A stretch of DNA of 62,458 nt, the filler included. It is 6 parts of 6 records of this genome, joined end to end, with 100 filler letters (N's around TTAATTAATTAA, not from the genome) between each part and the next. Parts side by side here need not be neighbours in the genome. Positions count along the whole stretch, not along the records: positions 28,675 to 34,807 come from SRR31147125_53288; positions 34,908 to 42,156 come from SRR31147125_53296; positions 42,257 to 52,055 come from SRR31147125_53326; 3 more parts are not named here. One strand, 5' to 3'. The position numbers and the translations under genes are program-made. The notes below the pieces were generated by a model that saw nothing but the letters and a program-made list of their open reading frames with translations, was not told the DNA's origin and made no database searches. This document shows positions 34,374 through 43,795 of the stretch, piece by piece; the stretch's first letter is position 1; each line of letters opens with the position of its first letter.

Positions 34374-34807
34374 ATGAAGATTCAAACCACACATGTCGGC
34401 TCACTGCCCCGTCCCGGTGCCATGAATACGAAGATTCTCAAGAAAGAGAAGATCACCGCGGCCGATCTCAAGGGGTATCTGGCCAATGTAATGGATCGGC
34501 AGATGGCCCTCGGTCTGTCGATGATCAACAACGGTGAGCTGCCCCGGGCAGATTATGTCAGCGCCACAGCGGCCCGCATTGCGGGCTTTGAGGGAACCGG
34601 CGTTGCACCCATTCCCAAAGACATGGAGGAGCTTCCGGAGTATTCACGCCGTTTTGGCGGACGCAACGGGTTGATCACCCTCAATCCCAAAGCACCGATA
34701 TCTTTGCCGGCGTGTAACGGACCACTCTCCTATGCGGGGGCCGCCACCCTGCGCGAGGAGCTGGAAATGATGGTGAGCGTTCATCGTGAACTGCTCCAGG
34801 CGCACCC
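34374..34807 (+). CDS. cobalamin-independent methionine synthase II family protein, 3' end cut
   Basis: MKIQTTHVGSLPRP and Q...GLS.INNGE..R motifs. Confidence 0.8.
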
Positions 34808-34907
34808 NNNNNNNNNNNNNNNNNNNNNNNNNNNNNNNNNNNNNNNNNNNNTTAATTAATTAANNNNNNNNNNNNNNNNNNNNNNNNNNNNNNNNNNNNN
34901 NNNNNNN
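34808..34907. other. artificial contig spacer
   Basis: N-run with TTAATTAATTAA. Confidence 0.98.
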
Positions 34908-35700
34908 AAAAAAATATACTGATTATCAATTAGGAGATTGGGTTCTTTGGATTATTCCAGATATTTATTATAAAGCTGATGCTAAAAGTTTTACAGGTAA
35001 TATTATTATCAAAAATAAATATGGTAGCACAATAGAAACATCAACTGTTTTACGTTCCCCATATCCAAATAAAAAAATAAAAAACATATCTATGAGAAAC
35101 GGAAAATTTCGCTTATATGGTATTCCTTTGATTTTTAAATCTTTCGACGAACTTTGCAATGTTTCTGAAATAATAATTAAATGGCATATATGTGATGAAT
35201 GGGAATGGTTAAAACATAATGAATCAGACCCTTTCATGTTGCATTCCCAAACATTAATAGTAAAATATATATTATCATTTGAGAGAAATAATGTTAATCC
35301 TAAATTTCGCTTTTTTACAGTGTATTCAAAAGACACCCTTTTTAACCCTTATTTCAAAGAAAACGAATTTGAAACAAATAAACAAAAAACTAAAGAATAT
35401 TTTAATCAATTTGATTTTGCTGTTATTTGCAATGGACATATCTTATATGATGAATTACAACAAAAAGAAAAAGCTACTATATATGAAACTTGTACATTAA
35501 AAGATTTTGCCATTACAGATGAAATTAAAGAAAGAAAGATTCTTAAAAATTTAGTATCATTAATTCCTTCTTTTCAGGATTTTAAGACAATACTAACCCT
35601 TCTTTCATTAAGAAATAAAGTTGATTTAACTCTTTCTTATTATGAAAAAACTGAAACTCTCAAACCGGAATACATGGCTGATTTTTCGAGAGGATATTAA
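34908..35700 (+). CDS. hypothetical protein, 5' end cut
   Basis: Frame of ORF 35092-35700 stays open to the contig edge (over 260 codons in very AT-rich DNA); no family recognised. Confidence 0.65.
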
Positions 35701-35825
35701 TTAGAGTTGGATATATTAGATATCAATCTTTATTATAAACCCAAATTAAATTATCGATAATTCATCTATTATATGATAAAATAAGAGTGTTATATCTTTG
35801 CTCTAACTTGGATATAACACTTTTC

Positions 35826-35858
35826 AAAAAAAGAGGGACTAACCACCCCTCTTTTTTT
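35826..35858. terminator. bidirectional intrinsic terminator
   Basis: AAAAAAAGAGGG-ACTAACCAC-CCCTCTTTTTTT; the stem extends by G-U pairs on the minus strand. Confidence 0.85.
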
Positions 35859-35859
35859 A

Positions 35860-36315
35860 TTGTAACCAATAAATAAAGTCTGCCCTAGAAAGGGTAAAAA
35901 TAGCCTATATACTCATAAATTCCGTTATTGTGGCCACTTTTACCTGTCCTCAAAAGTACCAGGCATTGTTCTGGTACTTATTTCGGACTTTTAAGCACTT
36001 AAAACATGATAAATCATGTACAGTCCGCAGGATCCTTTGCATTTTGCACGGTATTGCTCCTTTTTTAAGGCTTAAAAACATCGTTATCTAGCATAAATTC
36101 TTATGCTGCACAACTATGGTCCTGTAAAAGCAGGACTAATTTGTGTTCGATAACTCCATAAATCACTTAATCAGCCAAGACCTTTTAATGCTTTATATAA
36201 CATTTGGGCAATCTTTATTCATTTGCTACACTAATCGCCCCTACGTTGCAATTTGTTGGCTTTGCCACATTCATGTTGACGGTTGTGTTTACTTATGGTA
36301 AAATTAGTCAACACT
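35860..36315 (-). ncRNA. candidate large structured non-coding RNA (about 450 nt), family unassigned
   Basis: No ORF of 60 aa or more; more than 10 nested helices; several G-U pairs favour the minus strand; ends at an intrinsic terminator. Confidence 0.6.
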
Positions 36316-36339
36316 ACAAATAAAAATACATAATATAAT

Positions 36340-36373
36340 AAAAAAGAGCGGTCTGATAAACGACTGCTCTTTT
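36340..36373. terminator. intrinsic terminator downstream of the Tad operon
   Basis: AAAAAAGAGCGGTC-TGATAAAC-GACTGCTCTTTT. Confidence 0.8.
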
Positions 36374-36407
36374 GCTAATTGGTCAATATAGTTCTTTTCG
36401 GAATGAG

Positions 36408-36947
36408 TTAATAGTCACGTCCTGTAACTTGATATACTGCGTATCTGATAATATCCGTTGACTGTCCACCAAACACCTTATTATGTATAGGTACATCACC
36501 TGCATTTAGTATGATAATAACCGACGGTTTCCCGATGGTTATATTACCTGTTACTAAATCATTGTGAGTATGAGGATAAGACACAGGTGTTGATGATGTC
36601 AGCGAACCATCAACATACATCTCACATCCAGTATCATCATAAAAGTATACTGTATACATCAATGTATCTGTAAAATATTCACCATCAATAGGTGTCATGG
36701 CATCGTCTAGGTTAAGTTCTTTTTTTAAGTATGAAGTTATGGCTTCCATGCAAACGTCTTTATCAAATACATATATACCTCGTCCATAATCTTGCTTTTC
36801 TAGGTACTGAGTACCAATAACAGCCGTTTCATAGGCGATATGCTCTATATCATCTGATTTTCTGCTTACAAGCCGCATATCCATATTATCTAAGAATAAA
36901 CCTAACGCAAAGAATACTGCCACTACTGCATATAGTATTTTATTAAT
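36408..36947 (-). CDS. Tad-locus membrane-anchored protein (pseudopilin/TadG-like); probable ATT start
   Basis: N-terminal hydrophobic helix (NKILYAVVAVFFALGLFL); last gene of the pilus operon; AAAGGAGTG RBS upstream of ATT 36947. Confidence 0.55.
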   Translation of the reverse strand: MNKILYAVVAVFFALGLFLDNMDMRLVSRKSDDIEHIAYETAVIGTQYLEKQDYGRGIYVFDKDVCMEAITSYLKKELNLDDAMTPIDGEYFTDTLMYTVYFYDDTGCEMYVDGSLTSSTPVSYPHTHNDLVTGNITIGKPSVIIILNAGDVPIHNKVFGGQSTDIIRYAVYQVTGRDY

Positions 36948-36981
36948 ATTAACTCACTCCTTTCTCATGCAAATCGGTTTA

Positions 36982-37137
36982 TTAGCCGATTCCGCCAACT
37001 TCTGTTATAGTTTCTGTAACAACGTCTGATGCTGCACCTGCTAGAGTACCATCAGTATTTCCGCCTACACCTACAACTAGTGCAAGAATTGCTATTACTA
37101 AAACTATCCAACCATATTCAGATATAAGTTCTTTCAT
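36982..37137 (-). CDS. flp: Flp-type pilin, 51 aa (missing from the ORF track)
   Basis: MKELISEYGWIVLVIAILALVVGVGG...: EYG Flp motif followed by a hydrophobic helix; AAAGGAG RBS; inside the tad operon. Confidence 0.75.
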   Translation of the reverse strand: MKELISEYGWIVLVIAILALVVGVGGNTDGTLAGAASDVVTETITEVGGIG

Positions 37138-37241
37138 TTAAGTTTCTCCTTTCCTAATTTATTTTACTTGTAATATGTTTCCTTTCTAGATTATCTACCC
37201 ATTTATATATAACACACTAATAGCGATTGCTATTTTAGTGG

Positions 37242-37646
37242 TTAAGGCAATCTTTCACTAGTGACACTACCGCTACAAGTATAAGGTACTGGTTCAGACT
37301 GATTGAAGATTACACCACCAGCAAATGCATTATTTATTAATATTGTTACCGAAAACTCAATCAATTCTCTTTCATCGTAATGGTCAATCGTCCTATACCT
37401 TGGCACTGTCGTAAGCGTATATGTTATTTCCGATGCATCTATCCCTCGAATATTATCTATATCAGCCAACATATCATTTATTATCTCTGGTGTAAAATAC
37501 CCCTCAATCCTTGCTTTTTCAGCGTAAGTATAAACGATATCTTCAAAGATTTCAATTCTTGCCGCATTTGATGTGTCAATTATGCCTTGGAGTACAAATG
37601 ATAATAATAAAACAATTATTACACTTCCTACTATTAAATCTTTCAT
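37242..37646 (-). CDS. TadE-like pseudopilin
   Basis: N-terminal TM helix, AEKARIEGYFT motif, C-terminal VTSERLP; located after tadB/tadC. Confidence 0.6.
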   Translation of the reverse strand: MKDLIVGSVIIVLLLSFVLQGIIDTSNAARIEIFEDIVYTYAEKARIEGYFTPEIINDMLADIDNIRGIDASEITYTLTTVPRYRTIDHYDERELIEFSVTILINNAFAGGVIFNQSEPVPYTCSGSVTSERLP

Positions 37647-37657
37647 ATTTTATACCT

Positions 37658-38482
37658 CTAATATCCGTACATCATTTGCATACTTTCATTTAACACGATG
37701 AATATAAATATCATCATCATAATCATAAATATTGCAATGTTCAGCGTGAAGAACCTCACTCCATTTTTTCTATCGTCGCTTTCTTTTTGTGTCTGCCGTC
37801 TTGCAACTATTTTATCTAGGTAAAGGTCTACCTGCTCCGAAAACTCAGCGGTGTTAACATCATCAAGTTTGTGTAAAATGCTCCCTAATTCCTTTGCCTC
37901 GGTTGTTCCAATTTCAGCTATAAATTCTTCAATTAAATCTTCTTTATTCGTGTTATTCCATCCTTGAAATACCTTGTTTAAGTTAGGTTCGATTATAGTG
38001 CAACCACTAGCAATTTTCATTAATATATCCAAGCTGTTGCTTTGATAATCATTAACCGCTAATGTCTTAATCACTAATAACGACTGGTATATTTCTCCTT
38101 GAATTTTTACATTATTACCTGCAAATTTTCTTTTAAACCACGATATTATCCGTGTACCGCTTTTCGGTGTTATCATCAAAACTACTAATACAGAAATAAC
38201 AAACTCTAATATCGGCATTCGTTTTGTTGTTGAGGCAATTAATATCAAATATGTAATTACCAATACACTTATTATCGCCTGTGCTCTGCGGTATAGGGAA
38301 GGACTTATATTCAACCCTACTAGTTTAAGATATTTTACGTATATCTTCTTATTTTCTTTTTCTTTTGTTAGTCTATTTCGTCTTGCTCCCATTGTTTGTA
38401 GGTCTGGAAGTTTTAACAAAACTACAATACCTGCACAAACAATGATTATTAAATTAACAAATGCCTCTGCATTTCTAAGCAT
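37658..38482 (-). CDS. TadC-like (GspF family) pilus platform protein
   Basis: TM helices around a helical domain (FIAEIGTTEAKELGSIL); second membrane gene after the ATPase. Confidence 0.65.
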   Translation of the reverse strand: MLRNAEAFVNLIIIVCAGIVVLLKLPDLQTMGARRNRLTKEKENKKIYVKYLKLVGLNISPSLYRRAQAIISVLVITYLILIASTTKRMPILEFVISVLVVLMITPKSGTRIISWFKRKFAGNNVKIQGEIYQSLLVIKTLAVNDYQSNSLDILMKIASGCTIIEPNLNKVFQGWNNTNKEDLIEEFIAEIGTTEAKELGSILHKLDDVNTAEFSEQVDLYLDKIVARRQTQKESDDRKNGVRFFTLNIAIFMIMMMIFIFIVLNESMQMMYGY

Positions 38483-38493
38483 TATTCACTCCT

Positions 38494-39429
38494 TTACAAG
38501 TCATACTTTCCGAGTTTTATCAATCTTCCATATATTATTGCAACAATATACAATATAACTGCGGCAATAAACATTTGAAATGCCAAAGGTATCTCGAATT
38601 GCTTTTTTATCATTTCAAATAATGTAAATCCATATATTCTACCGCCATACCACATAATAACTACATAACACATTGGTATAAATATTCTAAGAATTACAAA
38701 CGCTTCATTGTTATATCTTTTAGTCCCCTCATTAGTTTCATTTACCTTTTTAAACATTTCAATGATTTTATTAAGTTCTGGTGTAACATCCTCTCCATCC
38801 CACACAGCTGAAAAAATAGCGTGTTTCAATATCATGCTCCAATTCGTATTGTAAGCAAAGTGCATTTCTTCTAGCACCTCTGTTGTTCTTTCAGCTGTGT
38901 TCGCTGTCTTAATATCCAATGCTAACTTAGTGAATATTCTTCTTGAATAAGGATTCTCTAATGTTACTGCTATTGTATCTATCGCCAATTCCATATCTTT
39001 ATTGTGCATATGATAATTATTCAAAAGAGAAATAATAATTTTTTCACCATCATAACTGCCTTTTAATCTTAATTCTTCTAGTCTAATTCTCTTTATTATC
39101 AATGGCATTATTCCAACTACTAGACTTACCATGATTGTCATCATATTTATACTCGTAAAGTAAGTTACAGTAACTAGCGATATAATGAAAACGATAACAC
39201 ACAATATTATTATATTGTCGGCGCTTAACCCTGTTATAGCATCAAATGAAAGCAATCTTGAAAGAACTCCTTTGTTTGCACTTTTATCCGCTGACAAAGC
39301 AAGCCTTTTTCTCTTACTTCTTACGTTTTTAAAGTATCCTAATATGTTTTTTCCTAAAGCGAACCATAATGCTCCAAATACTATCAAAGCAAATAATATG
39401 TCAAGTAACGTTATCATTGATTTACTCAT
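38494..39429 (-). CDS. TadB-like (GspF family) pilus platform protein
   Basis: TadB topology: N-terminal TM, two TMs, helical domain, two C-terminal TMs; follows the ATPase. Confidence 0.65.
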   Translation of the reverse strand: MSKSMITLLDILFALIVFGALWFALGKNILGYFKNVRSKRKRLALSADKSANKGVLSRLLSFDAITGLSADNIIILCVIVFIISLVTVTYFTSINMMTIMVSLVVGIMPLIIKRIRLEELRLKGSYDGEKIIISLLNNYHMHNKDMELAIDTIAVTLENPYSRRIFTKLALDIKTANTAERTTEVLEEMHFAYNTNWSMILKHAIFSAVWDGEDVTPELNKIIEMFKKVNETNEGTKRYNNEAFVILRIFIPMCYVVIMWYGGRIYGFTLFEMIKKQFEIPLAFQMFIAAVILYIVAIIYGRLIKLGKYDL

Positions 39430-39430
39430 A

Positions 39431-40951
39431 TTAGTTTCCTTTCTTGTAGATTATGTGTGCTTTCTTTTTATCACTAGCCATAGGGTATAATTCTGCTAGT
39501 TTATCAAGTTCTTTTTTGAACCCTATATAAGCGTTGTAATCTTCGTACTGTGCAAATTCCTCTTTATCCTTGCCAATTTCCGGATTAAACTCCCACCTAT
39601 CATCTAGCGGATAATAAAGGCATATAGGCACTGATGTGATTAAACCCTTTGCTCTGTCGTGTCTTACTTCATGTATAGCTTTTAATTTCTTTACACTGTT
39701 ATTTTCATATGTTTGTGTCAATTCTATTACAAACTGGAACGAGTTTGCTACTTTAAATATTGTTGTTTCTTGTGTACCATTGCCATTATAGTTAATAATT
39801 TCATCTGTAATATCTAATACTACATTTTTGCCATCCGTGCTGTGCATTGTAGTTTTGCATCGATGTGTACCTTTATTTGCAACTTTAACCATTAATTCAA
39901 ACTCATTACCTTCACGTGCCTCTGCCATGATTATATAATTGGCATCTGAACGCATGACATGTGCTATTAACTTTTTACGTTCTTCTTCATCTTCTGGCAT
40001 TAGCAACTGCATATTAGGCGCAGACGGCATTAATTCATGCAGTCTTATTTCGTTTGTAACCTCAATCATTAATCCTTCAGCTGTTTTTTTCTCTCCTTTT
40101 TGCCATACAATCAGCCATGTTGTTTTACCACTTCTCACCTGTCCAGTGAATATCACATTAAATCCAACTCGGCTAAATAGTTTAAAGAAATCTATGCTTT
40201 CTACTGGAATTGTGGAAAGAGCAGCTTGTTCTTCCCATGTCAATTCATCTGCTGTATATTTTCTCAAAACAACTACATCCTGTCCTTGTTTTGTCAGCTG
40301 ATTTGTGAACATGGTTGCTCTTTCCCCTTTTGGAAAGTTTAATTCGATATAACTATCTCTGTTATTGCTTTCTGGTGCATTTAAAAGCATATTCTTCTTA
40401 AGCTGTGCTAATTGTTTTGGTTTCATTCTTTGTGGTTGTAATGTTAAGACACCATTAACAAGATAATATACCCTTTCACCAATAATTTTTGCTGATGATG
40501 ATTTATCAAACTTTTTAGTGAAAAAGTTTGATATACAACCTAACCCCCATACCTCGTGGTATATTGCCTCTGCTAAAGATGAATACCATTTTGGATAAGG
40601 AACATTTTGATATTTTTCTTTTTTCAAAAATTCTTCAATATGCGATATGAAGTAATCAACCTGTTCTGGTACTCCACGCAAAGCATCATATTGTATTTTA
40701 ATAGCCTCTTTACTTGCTTTTGTCTGCTTAGGATTATCTTCTTTTGTATCAGTATCATTTTGTGTTTTGATGTTTAGAATTGTATTAATATGTGCTAGAG
40801 CAAATACACATAGTTTATCAAAGTCGATATTTTCATCCACTATGCTTATATTTTCCTTAACCTCATTACTCTTTACAATACTAAGATTTGCAAATTCATC
40901 CTCTAAATAATATCTTCTTACTTCATTACTTGATTGTCCCATACTAACCAC
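39431..40951 (-). CDS. TadA/CpaF family pilus assembly ATPase
   Basis: Walker A GQVRSGKTT, Asp box IEVTNEI, MRSDANYIIMAEAR (Walker B), His box TTMHS. Confidence 0.85.
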   Translation of the reverse strand: MVSMGQSSNEVRRYYLEDEFANLSIVKSNEVKENISIVDENIDFDKLCVFALAHINTILNIKTQNDTDTKEDNPKQTKASKEAIKIQYDALRGVPEQVDYFISHIEEFLKKEKYQNVPYPKWYSSLAEAIYHEVWGLGCISNFFTKKFDKSSSAKIIGERVYYLVNGVLTLQPQRMKPKQLAQLKKNMLLNAPESNNRDSYIELNFPKGERATMFTNQLTKQGQDVVVLRKYTADELTWEEQAALSTIPVESIDFFKLFSRVGFNVIFTGQVRSGKTTWLIVWQKGEKKTAEGLMIEVTNEIRLHELMPSAPNMQLLMPEDEEERKKLIAHVMRSDANYIIMAEAREGNEFELMVKVANKGTHRCKTTMHSTDGKNVVLDITDEIINYNGNGTQETTIFKVANSFQFVIELTQTYENNSVKKLKAIHEVRHDRAKGLITSVPICLYYPLDDRWEFNPEIGKDKEEFAQYEDYNAYIGFKKELDKLAELYPMASDKKKAHIIYKKGN

Positions 40952-42053
40952 CTATACCAAAGCGTCTTTTAGCAGTAGCAGGTGTTTCAAGAGGGATATG
41001 TATTTTATCAGCTATCGCAGTTATAACTTCATAAACAGCACGTTTATAGTTTCCTCCCACTTCATTTGTAGAAAACTCATTTAATGTTTTTCTTTCTAGT
41101 TCCGCTGTATACGCTAATCTATTAAATGGTATAGAACCAATCACCTTTAAACCAACCTGTGTTTCAAATTCTTTTTCGCTATATTCTTCAAATTCCTCTG
41201 TTTTATTAAGTATTACCTTTGCATCTGCTTCGTCAATATGCATTTTAATCAAACTATCTTCGTATTCATCTATTGCCTTTACATTTGCTGTGGATACCAT
41301 AAAAAGATGCTGACTTTGACCTATTGCTGTAACCATCATTTTGCTTGGAATACTGCCTAAATCTAGTACAACTAAATCAAATGCCTCAGCGCATACTTTT
41401 ATCGTTTCTATTATTTCAAATTCAGTATATTCAATATAACCGTCCATGCCGTGCATATATGCAATTACATTTCCTTTTGCATCATTTTCTTTCTTATCCA
41501 AGGCTAATGTTTCCATTGCTTTTTTAGCATTAAAAACCTTGTTTTCTACCCTGCGCATAACACTATTAAATGTAGGTAGCATTTCTGGTGCAAATTCTAA
41601 TCCCTTAGTCAATGTAAAAGACAATACAGCTACATTAAGTTCGCTATATTGCTGTATATGCCTTGATATGCTTAACGCTATCATTGTAGTACCTACGTTC
41701 CTAGTCGCTCCTACAAAACCGATAACGTTGCCTAAAGCTGATTGCTCTCCAATTAGCGCTGTCGTTATTCTTTCTTTCATTTTCTTTTGGTCTTTCACCT
41801 TAACGACCTGCACAATGCGGTTATCCATATTATTTATTTTCTTATCAACCACATATATAATATTCAATTTATCAAAATGAAGAACATCATTGATTTCTTC
41901 AATATTTTTAATAGTTTCAGAATCTATTATGATAGAATCTTCAACTACATTTACGAAACCATCTTTATTATTATAAACTGTAACTTTGTCTGTGGTATCG
42001 ATATTCTGTATTAGATTTATCAAATTTTTGTCATTTGTTATTATTCTTTTCAT
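40944..42053 (-). CDS. TadZ/CpaE-like MinD/ParA-family pilus localisation protein
   Basis: Degenerate receiver-like N-terminus, deviant P-loop GATRNVGTTMIA, FDLVVLDLG, VILNK, IGSIPF. Confidence 0.75.
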   Translation of the reverse strand: MKRIITNDKNLINLIQNIDTTDKVTVYNNKDGFVNVVEDSIIIDSETIKNIEEINDVLHFDKLNIIYVVDKKINNMDNRIVQVVKVKDQKKMKERITTALIGEQSALGNVIGFVGATRNVGTTMIALSISRHIQQYSELNVAVLSFTLTKGLEFAPEMLPTFNSVMRRVENKVFNAKKAMETLALDKKENDAKGNVIAYMHGMDGYIEYTEFEIIETIKVCAEAFDLVVLDLGSIPSKMMVTAIGQSQHLFMVSTANVKAIDEYEDSLIKMHIDEADAKVILNKTEEFEEYSEKEFETQVGLKVIGSIPFNRLAYTAELERKTLNEFSTNEVGGNYKRAVYEVITAIADKIHIPLETPATAKRRFGIGG

Positions 42054-42156
42054 TTTTTCACCTTTCTTGACACGTTGTCTAATGTTCGTGTTTCTTAGCT
42101 TTTTCTGCCGGATCTTCTGCCGTTTTTAATGCTGAAGCAGATCATTTTCGAAAAAA

Positions 42157-42256
42157 NNNNNNNNNNNNNNNNNNNNNNNNNNNNNNNNNNNNNNNNNNNN
42201 TTAATTAATTAANNNNNNNNNNNNNNNNNNNNNNNNNNNNNNNNNNNNNNNNNNNN
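42157..42256. other. artificial contig spacer
   Basis: N-run with TTAATTAATTAA. Confidence 0.98.
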
Positions 42257-43576
42257 GACATGGACAAACTTCTCGCCCGCCAGGCGGAAGTTCAGGACAA
42301 ACTCGACGCGGCCGACGCCTGGGAGCTCGACTCACGCCTCGAACTGGCAGAAGAAGCACTGCGCTGCCCAGCGCCGGAAACCCCGATCAAAGTTCTCTCC
42401 GGTGGTGAGAAACGCCGTGTCGCTCTGTGCCGCCTGCTGCTAAGAAAACCGGACATTCTGTTGCTCGATGAGCCGACCAACCATCTCGACGCTGAAACCG
42501 TCGCCTGGCTCGAACAACACCTGCAACGCTATCAGGGCACGGTCATCGCCGTCACTCACGATCGTTACTTCCTCGACAACGTCGCGGGATGGATCCTTGA
42601 ACTGGACCGTGGCCACGGTATCCCCTGGAAGGGCAATTACTCAAGCTGGCTCGAGCAGAAGCAGGAGCGGCTTCGCAAAGAAGAAAAGGCGGAGAGCAAA
42701 CGCCAACAGACCTTGCAGCGTGAGCTGGAATGGATCCGTATGTCCCCTAAGGGTCGACAGGCCAAGTCACAGGCACGGATCAACTCCTACGAGCAACTCC
42801 TCGGAAACGCGGCCATGGAAAAAGAAAAGACGCTCGAACTTTACATTCCACCTGGCCCCCGCCTTGGGGGAATCGTCGTTGAAGCCAAAGAAGTCAGCAA
42901 GGGGTTTGACGATCGGCTACTGATCGACAACCTAAGCTTCAACCTCCCTGCTGGTGGCATTGTCGGTGTTATCGGTCCTAACGGTGCCGGCAAATCGACG
43001 CTCTTCAACATGATTACCAGCAAAGAGAAAGCCGATGACGGCAGCTTCAAGGTCGGTGAAACCGTCAAGCTTGGCTATGTCGATCAGGGGCGTGAACTCG
43101 ATGGCAACAAAACCATCTGGGAAGAAGTCACCGGCGGCCAGGATCAGCTGATGATGGGTGGCCAGTCCGTCAACTCACGAGCCTACGTGGCCCGCTTCAA
43201 TTTCTCCGGCAGCGACCAGCAGAAAAAAGTCGGTGTCCTGTCAGGGGGAGAGCGGAACCGTGTTCACCTGGCAAAAATGCTGCGTGAAGAGTCCAACGTT
43301 CTGCTGCTGGATGAGCCAACCAACGACCTCGACGTCAACACCATGCGCGCCCTCGAAGAAGGCCTGGAAAATTTCGGCGGCTGTGCGGTCATCATCAGCC
43401 ACGATCGCTGGTTCCTTGACCGGATCGCGACTCACATTCTGGCTTTTGAGGGAGACTCTCAGGTGGTCTGGCATGAGGGGAACTACTCCGAGTACGAAGC
43501 GGATCGCAAACGCCGCCTCGGCAAGGATGCGGACCAGCCCCAGCGGATCAGGTATCGCTCACTGACCCGTCAATAA
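42257..43576 (+). CDS. ettA: energy-dependent translational throttle protein EttA (ABC-F), 5' end cut
   Basis: [67 protein letters not shown]. Confidence 0.96.
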   Translation, partial: DMDKLLARQAEVQDKLDAADAWELDSRLELAEEALRCPAPETPIKVLSGGEKRRVALCRLLLRKPDILLLDEPTNHLDAETVAWLEQHLQRYQGTVIAVTHDRYFLDNVAGWILELDRGHGIPWKGNYSSWLEQKQERLRKEEKAESKRQQTLQRELEWIRMSPKGRQAKSQARINSYEQLLGNAAMEKEKTLELYIPPGPRLGGIVVEAKEVSKGFDDRLLIDNLSFNLPAGGIVGVIGPNGAGKSTLFNMITSKEKADDGSFKVGETVKLGYVDQGRELDGNKTIWEEVTGGQDQLMMGGQSVNSRAYVARFNFSGSDQQKKVGVLSGGERNRVHLAKMLREESNVLLLDEPTNDLDVNTMRALEEGLENFGGCAVIISHDRWFLDRIATHILAFEGDSQVVWHEGNYSEYEADRKRRLGKDADQPQRIRYRSLTRQ

Positions 43577-43596
43577 AAAATCCGGCCAGTCAGTTC

Positions 43597-43695
43597 AGTT
43601 CGGACATTCCGTTTCCAGGGACGCAAGAACCCATCCATGGGGCTTGACTGACGCCTTCCGGGCGTCAGTCACCCTTCCAACGGAATATCCGAACT
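43597..43695. repeat. branched palindromic intergenic element (REP/MITE-like)
   Basis: Terminal inverted repeats AGTTCGGACATTCCGTT / AACGGAATATCCGAACT enclose CCCATCCATGGG and TGACTGACGCC-TTCCG-GGCGTCAGTCA hairpins. Confidence 0.65.
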
Positions 43696-43738
43696 CTTGA
43701 ACGTCTTTACTGGAGTCACGAGAATAACCACACCAATC

Positions 43739-43774
43739 AAAAAGCCGCCCGAATATGAATCCGGGCGGCTTTTT
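43739..43774. terminator. bidirectional intrinsic terminator
   Basis: AAAAAGCCGCCCG-loop-CGGGCGGCTTTTT between convergent genes. Confidence 0.9.
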
Positions 43775-43795
43775 AATGTCGTTTCCAGAAGGCTG

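Noticed and set aside
35915-35995. RNase P-like words in the RNA candidate (AAAGUCCG ... CCAG/CUGG hairpin ... AAAGUGGCCACA)
   Set aside because: No GAGGAAAGUCC or 3' ACAGAA..CGGCUUA P4 partner, and too little sequence remains before the terminator
35943-36031. Hammerhead-like three-way junction (stem-GAAA-stem)
   Set aside because: The conserved CUGANGA core is absent
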